A stretch of 64,000 nt of DNA from assembly GCF_009914755.1 (NCBI RefSeq), contig NC_060932.1; one strand, written 5' to 3'. The stretch comes from the human T2T-CHM13v2.0 reference genome, Homo sapiens. The notes beneath the pieces were generated by a model. The model was given only the letters and a program-made list of their open reading frames with translations. It was not told the origin of the DNA and ran no database searches. Positions 12,827-25,545 of the stretch are shown here, piece by piece. Positions within the stretch are counted from its first letter, which is position 1, and every line of letters begins with the position of its first letter. The translations under genes and the position numbers were made by a program.

Positions 12827-13144
12827 GAAATAACGACACCTACTTCAAAACACTTTCCAGAAAATTCTAGTTGTAAATTGATATCCTTTTTTTTTTTTTT
12901 TTTAAATGCTCCAATAGCATTTATTTTGTGTCTCATTCTGGGTCTGTGTCTGCTGTTAGTGGGGACTGTCCCATGTGGCTTCGAGCTCCTGGTGGCTTGC
13001 ATCACTAGGGCACCCATCATAAGGAGTGGCAGAGCAAGTTCTCATGAAGACCTATGGAACAGAAATAATACCAATAACCATGGTTATTTTAGGCACAAAT
13101 TAAGATACAAATCATGGAAACCACCAACTGTGTTTTTTCGTGAC

Positions 13145-13340
13145 CTTATTATGAATCAGGCACTCCCCATATATTATTTCTAATCCACATAAAACCCAGA
13201 TTGGACAGAAATTGTTTTCTTCATTTTATGATAGAGAAAATTAAGACTAAAAAGTGAGGCAACATATCTGGTATAGTGCACTGTATTTAATGTAGTGAGA
13301 GTTGAACTGGGGTTTGAGCGATTCCCACAGGCTCTACACT
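13145..13340 (-). mobile_element. MIR
   Basis: 'cattttatgatagagaaaattaagact...gaactggggtttgagc'. Confidence 0.55.
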
Positions 13341-14841
13341 TTTTTATGTGATGATGATACTACCTCCCAGTGACAGCAAGATCAAATTATTCATAAAACT
13401 TTTTTGTTATTTTACACTTTAAGTTGGGGGAATTGCATCTCAATATTTTGAATAATAAATAACAGGATGATGAACATATTTTACTAGAATATGAAATGAG
13501 TGTTCTTTTATTACTAGTACTTATTTACACTGTCTAATTCAATAAGCATGTCTCTTGTTCCTTACAGCTCTGCATAATATTTTATATCATAATTATAACT
13601 TAATCATAACTCAGCCTTATTAAAAACTGACAGGCCCTAGCTGTTGATGTGGTTAGTTTTTCCGCTAGTTATTTGAATCTTGTTTTTTCCTCCATTTAAT
13701 GGATAATTTCCTTTCATAGGGATACAACATGGCCTTTTATAAGCATGGGCAAAAATATGCAAATACTCAGGTCAATCAATGCAATGTTTCCTAATTAATT
13801 TGTTAAGTGCAAGTCTCTGACCACAGTTTTGGATGAGGTAGAAAGTATTTATGTTTCTGTGAATCACTTCATATGAACATCTACATATCTTCATAGGGAT
13901 AAGACAAATGGCACTGGATGGTGTATGCATTGGTAAATAATTCCTAATTACATAAATGCTTTCTTCTTGTGGAGATATTTTCTTCTTCTGAAGGCCTATA
14001 GGGCTTCATCTATACCTTTCTTGTGACATCTTTTTTTTTCTGCCTTACCTTCTGGTTATATGTGCATACTAAAGAACATATTAGGTGTAGAGAAGGCTGA
14101 CTTGAATTTCAACTATTTTACCCATTCCAATTTCTGCCTGTATGACCTTGGGCAAGAGAGGTTATCACTGAATCTTTGTGGCCTCACCTATAAATCAGAG
14201 TTGCTATGTCAACTCAAATATTAATGTGCTTGTGTTTATTTCTGGAAAACAATAGATACTTCTCATATTCTCCACTAATCTGCAAATTAATTGATGGCTG
14301 AAACTATGACATATTCATCATTATCTTTGTGCCTCCCACAATTACTGCAAAGGCAGAGGAAACTTGATTACAATTATGAAGAGAAGGCTAATAGAGTTCA
14401 CGTAGTTATTCTGCTTGGAATAACTCATCTCAATATTACAGCCTCAACCTCTCCTTTAATAAATTCTAGACATTCTTCAAAAAAAAATCATGCAAAATCT
14501 ATCTACATCCATATATTCCTCCTTCTTCTAACTGGAGATAATCTTGATAAAGTAACATATCTCCTATACCTCTCTGTTATTTATTTCTTTCAATCTTTAA
14601 TTATACATTTGAATTCATAATTTATATTTCCATTCCATTTAAACTCACTGAGATTAAAGTCATACTATTTGTCCTTTTCTGAATACCCCAATGGTCGAAC
14701 GAAGTCCCCTGGGATTAACTCCTGTGTAGTTTCAGATTGTATATTACTAAATGCCAGGCCAGTCTCCAAGCACATTCCATGCTGTAACCTCAAAGAGGAC
14801 CTGGGGCAAGAGAACAAGGAACCTGGTGTAGGCTCTATACA

Positions 14842-15220
14842 TGATATGGCTAGGCTTTGTGTCCCCACTCAAAATTTCATCTTGAATTATAATGCCCATA
14901 ATCCCCATGTGTCACGGGAGACACCAGGTGGAGGTAATTGAATCATAGGGATGGTTTCCCTCATGCTGTTCTCATAATAATGAGTGACTTCTCAAAAGAT
15001 CTAATGGTTTTATAAGTGTTTCATAGCTCCTTCTGTGTTCATTCTCCTTCCTGCCGCCTTGTGAAGAAGGTACCTTGCTTCCCCACTGCCTTCCACCACA
15101 ATTGTAAGTTTCCTGAAGTCTCCCAGCCATGTGGAACTGTGAGTCAATTAAACCTCTTTCCTTTCTAAATTACCCAGTCTCAGGCAGTTCTTTACAGCAG
15201 TGTGAAAGGTAACTAATACA
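14842..15220 (+). mobile_element. THE1D-like solo MaLR LTR
   Basis: Termini tgatatgg...aactaataca, an internal 'attaaacctctttcc' signal, and an exact 5-bp TSD ATACA (14837-14841 and 15221-15225). Confidence 0.93.
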
Positions 15221-15224
15221 ATAC

Positions 15225-15780
15225 ATGTGCATGAAATCTCTTTAATCTATGGGTCAATGGCTTTCATCAGTTTTGGAAAATTCCAACCATTATCACTTAA
15301 AATATGGTCCCCACTACTATATCTTCTTTTTCTCATTCTGGATAGTCTTTATAGATCACTTGTGTCTCACATGTTTCTATCACTAATTCTATTATTTCAG
15401 AAATGTTTTCTTTTTATGGTTTAATTTAATATTTTATTCTCATACATCTTCAAGTTCACAAATCCTGATTTCTGCTGTGGCCAGTCCGCTGATAACTCTT
15501 TTAATAAATTCTTTTTTTTGAATATTGTATAATTTTTATGTGTAGAATACTTACTTGTTTTTAAAAATCCACCCTTTCATCTATTTTTTCTTCTTTTCCT
15601 CTTTCTTCCACATTGTCACAGTTATTTTAAAGTTCTTATCTGATAACTCCAATATTTGGATTATCAGTATTTGTTTGTATTGTTTGTTTTTCCTTTTCTC
15701 TTCATTATTATCAACAGTCTAATAAGTTTTATTACATGCCAGACAAGTATATAATAGAACCACAGAGGACATAGATGATC
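15225..15780 (-). mobile_element. Old L1M 5'/ORF1-region fragment
   Basis: 'ttcatcagttttggaaaattccaaccattatc...tcttcaagttcacaaatc...tctgataactccaatatttgg'. Confidence 0.6.
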
Positions 15781-16309
15781 AAAGTGAGGTTACTTCTCAT
15801 TCATTCTATTCTTCAAGTGATATGCTCCTGAACTTTTATTAATGGCCTAGCAGATTTCTGCAACCTCGCTTTCGAAGTTTTGCTTCATAGAAATTTTTGG
15901 CCTACCTCTTTAGCTTACTTCTCACTGGTTTCAAATTCTCACGACAATCTTGAGAAAGAAACCAGCCTCATTTATTTCAGGCCCCCTCCAGCTTGTGAGT
16001 ACTATGAGAGTGCCAGAAACTCCACTCTGCTTTTCCACTTCAGTCCTCTAGTTTCCAGCATCACTAAATAACTCAGCAAATGTTTTATTTGGATTTAGAC
16101 CTGCATTAAGGAGTCGTCTTGTATCCAATTCATTTTAATACCCTGCACAACTACCAAAACCCTGCTGGCTTCTTTTTACCTCAATAGAATCATCCAGCAT
16201 GAACCAATCCAGCATCTGTCTGAGCTCAACATAGACAAATAGCTCTAGAACAAAAATGACTGAAGAAAACCAAGTTACCAAGGAAGACTGTTTTTCTCTC
16301 TCAGATTTG

Positions 16310-17632
16310 TTAAACTTTTAATAGCAAGATAATTTTAGGCCTATAAAAGTTGCAAAAATAATATAATTTCCATGTATCCATCACCACATATTCAATTCAA
16401 CCATAGAATAGATATCAATAGTAAGAGAATACCCATAGTACAATATCATAATACTATTAACTCTAGTTCAGACTTTTCATCAGTTTTCTACTAATGTCCT
16501 TTTTGTAACCAAGAATCCAATCCAGGAACTTTACCTTACATTTATTTGTCATGACTGCTTAGTCCCCTCCAATCCATGATAGTTCCTCAGTCTTTCCTTG
16601 CCTTTCATGACTTTGACAATTTTAAAGAGCATTTGTCAGGCATTTGGTCAGGTATCCTTAAACTGGGGTTTGTTTGTGTTTTTCACGTGATTTACCTAGA
16701 GTTATGGTTGTTGAGGAAGAATAACATAGAGGGGAAGTGCTCTTCTCATCACTTTATGCCAGAGAGTGGGGGTAGGACATGATATCAACATGATTTATCT
16801 CTGGTGATGTCAACTTTGATCTTTTCGTTAAGGTCGCAAAGCAGGGATAGATAAAGAAATATATAGCTGTGTGCTAGCCTATGCACACACACACACACCT
16901 ACCTATAACTAATTACCTATTTTCCATCTATGTCTGTATGTATGTATGTATCTATCTTTCTATTTCAATAAACATAAATATATACTGATATATTTCACCT
17001 TAATCAACACCACAGGATTCACTTTATCCTCACCTCAAAGAGGTGAACCCTGTGGTGCTTGGTTAAAGTGAAATTATATCAGTATATATTTATGTTTATT
17101 GAGATAGATATAAGTATATATATATTACCATTATATATATTAAGTATATATAAAGTATATATATTAAATATATATATAAAGTATATATAAAGTATATATA
17201 TTAAATATATATATATATATAATCAGTATATATATTAAGATTTGAAGCATCTTACTCCCACAATGGGAAACCTGGATTCTGTTATATACAATTTATATAT
17301 TTATTAGTTCATACTTTGTATGCATGTAATATGGTTTCAGAATCTCTCATCTGTACTCTTCTGAAAAACAAATTTACCAGCTATCATACTGTGTTTATAA
17401 ACAGTTACTTTGGTCTTTATACCTATAGTTTACACACACACACACAAATCTTTTTCAATGCTACTTAAGGAAGCTCCTTTCTTTCTCTTATCCTTCAGTG
17501 TGGTTACATGATTTATTTGTCATAGAGAGAAATTATTTGCCCCAGTGTATATTCCATTCTTCCTCCAAAGTCTCAGTTGAGTTTTGCTTTACTTTGCTTA
17601 GAATACAATCCTCTTTGTGTGTGTCTATGTAT
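16310..17632 (-). mobile_element. L1MC-type 3' UTR containing CA and TA simple repeats
   Basis: 'aatccaatccagga...gttcctcagtctttccttgcctttcatgactttgaca...ctggtgatgtcaactttgatc'. Confidence 0.75.
17075..17238. repeat. (TA)n-rich low-complexity repeat
   Basis: Repeated 'ataaagtatatatattaaatatatat' units. Confidence 0.85.
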
Positions 17633-17640
17633 GTAATATG

Positions 17641-17965
17641 ATGGTGGCCTCTAAGATGGCCCCAATGACCCCTGCCTACTGGCATTTGTTCCTTGACTGT
17701 TCTCCTCTCCTGGAGTATGGACTCAGCTTCTTGACTCACTTATAATAACAGCCAAGTAGAATTAGGGTGTGTCATTTCTGAGATTAGATTACCAGATACC
17801 TGTGACTACTATCTCGACTATGCTCTGACAACCTTTGTCTCTCAGAGTCAGTTCTCACATTGTGAGAAGCCCTAAGGAGAGTCCCAGACAGCAAGGAACT
17901 GATGTATCCAGCCAGCAGCCACTGAGGACCTTGACCTGCCAAGAACAATGTGAGAATGAGTTTAA
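17641..17965 (+). mobile_element. MLT1F/G-like MaLR LTR fragment
   Basis: 'ctctaagatggccccaatgacccctgcct...tgtcatttctgagattag...gcaaggaactgatg...cagcagccactgagga'. Confidence 0.7.
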
Positions 17966-18992
17966 AAATTGCATCCTTTTACTCATACCATTCCCACAAC
18001 AGTCACATTTACTTTTAGACAATAGATATTGATATCCAGAACAAAATTCTATTTCAGTTCTCACTTAATAATACCACTTTGTGCTATCAATAGGTAGTAT
18101 TTGGTTGCTGTAAAGGTCAATATTAAAAGGGATAAAGGAAGGTATGCAGAATGCATAATATGTGTTCAGATTATATTGATTCCCAATAAATGTTAGCTGT
18201 CAACAATATTCTATATTTTTCACTAATTAAAGAATTATGTGCTTATATAACCCAGACACTATAATAAGCCTGCTGATAAAGCACTGAGAATAGAGCTGGG
18301 GTTGAGCTCTGCCCTTATGCACCTTAAAGCCTATTTGGGGAACTGGAAATTAAACAAATAATTACAAAATAATTTAATGAATATAGGATGCTTACCACAG
18401 GAGGCTTAACATTAGGTATTGTTCAATAAAACACCACTGATAAGACTAAACAATTAGAAATGCTCAACTAGCTGATGAATACTGGGCAGGGGGTAAGCTG
18501 TCTCACCACAAATGGAATTAAGCCATGTTTCTGAGCTATGCTCCAAGAGGTCTTCTCTCTCTGAGATGGTGAGAGCTGGCTCATGGTGAGAAGTATAGAG
18601 ATGAATGAGATAAGGGCCCTATATATAAGGAGCTCACAGGTTATGAAGGGAGACAAGAGGAAATTCTGTAACCAGGTAATTAGACAGCAAAATGATAGCA
18701 AATAGTAATAATTTAAAATGTGAAGAACTTCAGACAAGTAAGTTTGAGAATAATTCCTGACTCAAGGTAAGAAACCATGGGACCATCTCTATTTTTATTT
18801 TTCAGCTTGAAACATGAAGAGAATGTTCAATTGTGTTATCTTTTAAAATGAATGGAGGCGTGTGTGTGTGTTTAAAAAACCTGTGGTTACAAAACCATTA
18901 TTTTGCTGCTTAAAGTGAAAAACTTAAGCTACTTGGAAAATGTTCCCTATGTGTAAATACATGCCTGAAAAATGAAGATTTGCATCACAATT

Positions 18993-19113
18993 TAGAGTGG
19001 CCAACTCATACAGATTGCCCAGGCCCATCCTGACTTTAAAACCAAAAGTCCCACATTCTGGGACTTTTGTGAACCACCTCAGTTTCAATCAGAACAGGAC
19101 AGCTGATCACCCC
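18993..19113. mobile_element. MER81 (hAT-Blackjack) MITE
   Basis: Degenerate TIRs 'tagagtggccaac' and 'gctgatcacccc', with core 'aaagtccc...ggga...cctcagt'. Confidence 0.65.
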
Positions 19114-19894
19114 ACTTCACATGTACTTTTAATTGCATTTGGAAAACTGCAAATAAATAATTCTCTATATTAAAAATAATATGGTATGGAAAGATTCTGT
19201 CTAGTGTAAAAAAAAATAAGTCTACCATAAGTATGTCTTTACTTCAAGACCTGTGAGAGTAGATAAACTCAGAAACCAGAACAAAATCTCATTGTCTGGA
19301 GAATTACCAAAGCATTCTGAAAAAAATTGAATAATTCCCAAGAGAGAATCTCAGCAATGGAGAAATGAGAACTCTTAATGCTTTCCTTCTAAAACTCAGA
19401 TTGAACTTCTTCATGCTAAAAGAGTATACATTCCATTTTTGTTAGCATAAAAATATATATACTTACAAAAAATATTATTAAAAAATCTGCCTGACTTTTT
19501 TATGTTTTACTTTCATTTGTCTTCCTATGACTGTAGTTGCATTCATATCTGCAAATAATGCACACTGAATAAATATTTGAATAGAAAATGAATGGATAAG
19601 AACAGAGAAATTTAAAAGCATAAATAAATAAGTGACTGACTGAATGAAATAAATAAGTGCGTTCTATGGGCTGCAATATTACTACCTGTTTCCAGCTTGA
19701 CAAAAATAAGGATTGTTAGGCTAGCAGATCAATGTACGCTATTTGAATTATTTGAAAACACAAATCTCCCATTATTTACAGGTCATGGGAAAATTATTTG
19801 ATGTTAAAAGTTTGTACATCAATGGGATGGGTAGCTTTGCACATACTAAGATAAGCCACCTTTAGGCAAATGAAATGCTATTGGTCATATGGCT

Positions 19895-20035
19895 ACAGTT
19901 GATACTAATTAGTTAAAAGAATGTGCTAATGTCGCCAAGAATGGGGGATTAATTGCAAGATGGACAGTGTCTTCGCTCTGTTTAAAAGCTAGAGTCTCTG
20001 CACTTTGTCCTGGTCCATCTTACTAGAAATCCGTT
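19895..20035 (+). mobile_element. Possible MamSINE1-like ancient tRNA-derived SINE head
   Basis: 'attagttaaaagaatgtgctaatgtcgccaag...cttcgctctgtt' resembles the recalled 'gttggttagagcgtggtgctaatgaggccaagg...ctttgctctgtt'. Confidence 0.4.
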
Positions 20036-20830
20036 ATTTACTCACTTATCCACTTATTTGAATTTGCATTGTCTCTTTATTGTGAACCTGAGAAAAGGCT
20101 ATAGAGTGGGAAGTCTATCTTTGCTACACATTAGGTGGGTGACTTTGGATTAGTTAGCATTCCTTGAGACCACAAACGGATAGAAAAAAAAAAACCTGAC
20201 AATATGTAACTTGCAGAAAACACGTCCATTTGCAAGTACTGATCTCTATTATTTGAGTTTTATTTTAATCATGTAACAAAATAGTCAAATGAATGGGTTG
20301 AAGATTTACAGTATTACAATGATCACTCCTGATTCCTAATGAAAATTATCATTGTATTCATATTTCTTCATTTTAAAATCAATGATATATATTTAAAATT
20401 ATAAAAATATATATTAGAATGTATTATACATGATTATACCTTAGTTCCTGACAAATGTTGGGCACCTCCTCACACTGGCCTTCTTCTCTTTAAAGCTGTT
20501 CTTTCTTGCCCTTCCTCTATTTCTCTTCCCTCCCCTTTTTTTAACTTTCTGCTGTTCTCCCTTCTCTCTCCCTTTGCATTAACTATTTATTTTGTTTCGT
20601 GGTGGATTTAAAGATGACCAGAAATGCATCCTACTTTCAAAAGCTGATGATGGCCTTATTTAAACATGTACTGACTGATTTATATTACATTACATAGGAG
20701 AAGTGACTTAAGAAGCATATGGATACACTACTACAGTAACTAGAGACAGGGGGTGCTACTTCCAGTCACAAAAGTAAGAAAAGTTTTGGTGGCGCAAGGA
20801 TATGTAAAGCAGAGATAAGAATTGAAAGTG

Positions 20831-21209
<379 letters not shown>

Positions 21210-22039
21210 CTAAAAGTGGAGTTTTGAAGAAACCCATTCCTTCAGCTAAAGGGATCTTCAGAGCATAGCTTCTGCTAACAAGACCATGAAGCTCAGACCT
21301 TACCTTGTTGTGATTGAGCATTTGAACAAACTTTACAGTTTGGAGTAGGTAGAGTAAGAGTAAGATTGTGGGAGCTAAAAAAAAAAAATAGGAACAAGTG
21401 AGAAAGAAAAGTATGACTGTGATAGTGAGAAGGTCACTGAAGATACTGATGATCACTCCCAGTTATACAATCTATACTTGAAGCACTTTACTTGAGACCC
21501 CACTGGAAACACACACAGGTTACGGTGGCTGATGTCTATGATTCTTTGTGGATCTCCCCTTCCATCCTCTGAAACACTAAGAGATCATCGAGGATATGTG
21601 TAGGATAAGGCAACATTTTAAATAAAATTGCTCTCAGAATTCTGGAGGAAGGATTGGGAAAGGTTAAATAGATCAACAAAAGATGAAGTGTCAGTAGCTC
21701 TGACATCAGACTTCAGGTTGCATTTTGACTCAACATGACCTGTTTTACCAGCAACGCTAAGCCAAGTAACACATGGCATTGGCCAAATACATTTTCATAG
21801 ATCTTAATCTCCAAGCCATTCCCATAACTGCATTAAGGTGTCATCTTCCTAGGAGGAGTCTGGCAGCAGTAAGTATAACAGTTCAAAATTTTCCAATTAT
21901 TCTGAATATTTTCTTTTATTTGAGCCTCGTAAGAGCTCACTAAGATAAAAAGAGATCAATACTGCATTTTTTTTTATTTTGCTGCCTAGAAAACTGTATT
22001 CCCTAGCCTGTTATCTTCTAACTTCATGTATATGAATTA

Positions 22040-22332
22040 TTTTTTTCTTTAGGATTCAACTTACGTAAGTATTCCTTGACCTCTCCAGATGGAATGAGAC
22101 ACCTTGTCATATTCTTTTATAGCATGTCAAGCTTTTCAATCATTGCCTTCATTCCAATTTTAGCACATTTGTAACTTGCAAAGTTTTTTATTAAAAATAT
22201 ATCTTAGTAGAACATAAAAGACATAAAAGCAGGGACTACATTTGTCTTGTTCATTACTACATCTTTAGTGCTTATGACAGAGCCTTCCACATAGTAGGTA
22301 CTTTAAAATATAACAGAATAAATAAATGAATT
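22040..22332 (+). mobile_element. L2 3' end
   Basis: 'aaagcagggactacatttgtcttgttcat...cacatagtaggtact...gaataaataaatgaat'. Confidence 0.7.
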
Positions 22333-22488
22333 ACAAATCAATAAAATTTACAATAAAGAAAATTGGTACTCAGAGTACTAAACTACTTAAGTCACACTCA
22401 GAAAGTATGAGAAGAATGTGCTAGAATACACATCTTCTGAGCAGATTCCAATGTGTTACGTAATATCCCGTTTACTTTTTACTGTAAG

Positions 22489-23180
22489 ACTACTATATGA
22501 TCCGGTAATCCCAATAGTGGATATATGTCCAAAGGATATTAAATCCATGTGTTGAAGCTATATCTGCATCCCATGCTTATTGTAGCATTCTTCACAATAG
22601 TCAAGACATGGACTCCACTTATGTGTCTACCAGCAGGTAAATGGATAAAGAAAATGTGGTGTAGATACACAATGAAATACTCTGAAATATCAGCCTTAAA
22701 AAAGAAGTAAATCCTATCATTAGTGACAACATAGATAAACCTGAAGGACATTACGTTCAGTAAAACACACCAGGTACAGAATGACAAACACATCATGATC
22801 TCAATTTTACTGCATATGAAATTGTAAAAAGTCAAACCCATAGAAGCAGAAAGTGAAATGGCCTGAAGGTGGGGGAACTGAGGAGATGTTGGTCAAATAA
22901 TCTACAATTTCAGTTAGACAGAAGGAATAAGTTCAAGAGATCTATTGTATAATATGGTGACTATAGTAAATAACCATGTATTGTATACTTGAAAATTTGC
23001 TGAGAATAGATTTTAAGTGTTATCACCACAAAACTGATTAGTATGTTAGGTGATGGTCATATTAAGTAGCTCGACTTAGCTGTTCTACAATGAATACATG
23101 AATCAAAACATCACATTGTTACCATAAATACATACCATTTCTATTTGTCATTTAAGAAATATATTTTTAAAAATTTCAAA
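22489..23180 (+). mobile_element. L1MA (L1MA7/8-like) 3' end
   Basis: End of ORF2 and 3' UTR: 'aaatggataaagaaaatgtggt...aatttcagttagacagaaggaataagttcaagagatctattgta'. Confidence 0.9.
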
Positions 23181-24769
23181 AGGTAGAAAAGAAAAAATGT
23201 GGAACAAAAAGAAATAATATATATGAAAAATTCAGAGAAGAGAAAGAATTTTAAGGCACTTAGGTCTGAGAATATACTCAATCCTAAAACTCTGAAGTTC
23301 AATTTCCTCTAATTTTTGAGCCAAGCTTCACAAAAGCAATTATCACATAATTTGTTGATTTCTTTCCCAAGTGAATGTTTGCCAAACACTCCCTTCAAAG
23401 ATTTCATATGCATTAAATATTTATGCCAAGCTGTTACATAGAAAACTTGAGTATATACTTTGCTTTTAGAATTAATTTATTTCTAATTTTTTAATGCAAA
23501 GTAATTAGCTGAATTGCTCTTAGAATATAATCACTTGTTGTATGTTTGAATAAGTTAAGCATGGCTTTGTAGAAATGTGACTAGTTTATAATTATCTAGG
23601 AGCCTGAAATGTTCCTTGTGGCTAAAATAATATGATCAAACTTAGTGGCCACTTAAATAAAATCACATTAAGCATGACTTTATGCAAGGAGTCATTCCTG
23701 GAAAAATTTGCCTTGTTTCTCTGTTTACTTCAACCAAAAATGAAAGTGACGGGTTTTGAAGGAAATCCCTTAGATGATACCACATCTGTAGGTGAGGCAG
23801 TGTAGCCGATAAACTGGCACATAGCCTGCAAGACAGAATGCACTCTATGACCTTGGTCAAGGTTATTAAGATTGCTCAGCCTGCATTTTCTGATGTTGCA
23901 AATTAGCACATTAGACTAAATATTCTCTAAAGAACTTCCTTCATTTCACTCTGTACATTTTTTTTAATAAAGCATATACTAAACCAGGTCTTGTGACATT
24001 AGGGATGACCCCTTCACATTATCACAAAGATGTATAATTGTCACACCAGATTTATACAGTGTTTTCCTACTAGGTTTTCACAACAAGGGGAGGAGTAATG
24101 ATATTATCATCCTCAATTTATAGTTTAGGGAGATAGATCGAGGTTCAAAGACAATCAGAGTCTGATGGTTAACACTTCCAAACATTCCTGGGAAGAGTTG
24201 CTACCCAATATTTATCTACTTTTATTTCGGACCTTGATTTGTGAAGATTGGATAAAACACTTCTGTTTTTGACCTCTTTGAGGAGTATAATTTATCTTCA
24301 CTTAATCAGATTACTTATAATACTTTTCCCCCTTCAGATTCAGTCCATGGGGGTATCATTTAACACTTTCAAATTCAACCAGTAATGTTGGCTTTGTCTA
24401 TTGGCACATGTGCAATTGCCCTCCCTTCTCAATCCTCAAGATATGCAGAGTGAGGAAGAACTGCATGAATACTGATCATTGGTGCCGAGGACGTCTTTAC
24501 TCTGGAATCTGCCTTGCCTGCCATTGGCATTGAATCCCTTACTTAATGTGAGAACACGGAAAGGAACTCATGGCGTAGCAGTTAGGAGAATGACATATTT
24601 GCTGGCATTTTCATGATAAAAGTATTATTAAAAGTGGAATTTTTGACATAATCTCAAATTTGTCACTGATATGATGTTACACTTTAGAAAATAATTTATC
24701 TATCTTATCATTCAATAATTACCACTCATAATAACAAGGATACTATAAACAATGATGATACCTATTATT

Positions 24770-24945
24770 TCTTCACTATTTGCTACGTGACAATATGCTA
24801 AGCAGTTTTATACCCACCACCGCATTAAAGTCTTCAAATTTTTCTACACAAAGCCACCACTGTACCAATTTTATGGATGGAGAGACTAAGAGCAAGATGA
24901 AGACTGAGTTTATGTAACTTAACATTTACTATAACCCAGGTCAGT
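24770..24945 (-). mobile_element. MIR
   Basis: 'tgctaagcagtttta...caattttatggatggagagactaagagc'. Confidence 0.5.
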
Positions 24946-25234
24946 GGGGGTTCTGTTCCTGGTTGTACACTAGAATCATTTGGAAACTTGAAAAAATGCC
25001 ATGTCAGTACCTCAAGTTACTTTAAGTTAAATAGCCTACTTACTGCACATAATGGCATTTTCAATGTGTAGAGCTAATGTGTCTAAGATGCTGGTTAGCT
25101 AAGATCAAAAGAGACTGTCTTCAAAGTGCTCCAACACTGTAGAGGCAAAAGCTACATAAACTAAATTGATTGCAGTAAAATATTACAAGTCCAGTATTAC
25201 TGATGTGTCAGTACCACATTGGGAGACATGGAAA

Positions 25235-25545
25235 TGTCGTTTGTACAATTTATTTAATCTTGGTTTATTTTCTCATTTGTAAATGACAATAGCATCTGCA
25301 CCAAAGTTGTTGGGAGATTAAATTGGATAACTTATGTTATGGGTTCTAAGGACTGCATTTGGCAAATAGTTAAGTGCCTAAAATTGAGCTCTTCTTTCCT
25401 TATATATGAAGTGTATGAAGAACCCAGTTCTCCATTTGTGAAATAGTGACCATAATACTCCTGCCACAGGTTCCTCTGAGGATCAGACAACACCACAGAT
25501 GTGAAAGTCCTTTGCAAAATACACCAAACAAATGTAAATTGTTTT
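25235..25545 (+). mobile_element. Two adjacent MIR fragments
   Basis: 'ttctcatttgtaaatgacaatagc...gttgttgggagattaaattggataa' and 'cagttctccatttgtgaaatagtgaccataatac...tgaggatcagac'. Confidence 0.6.
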
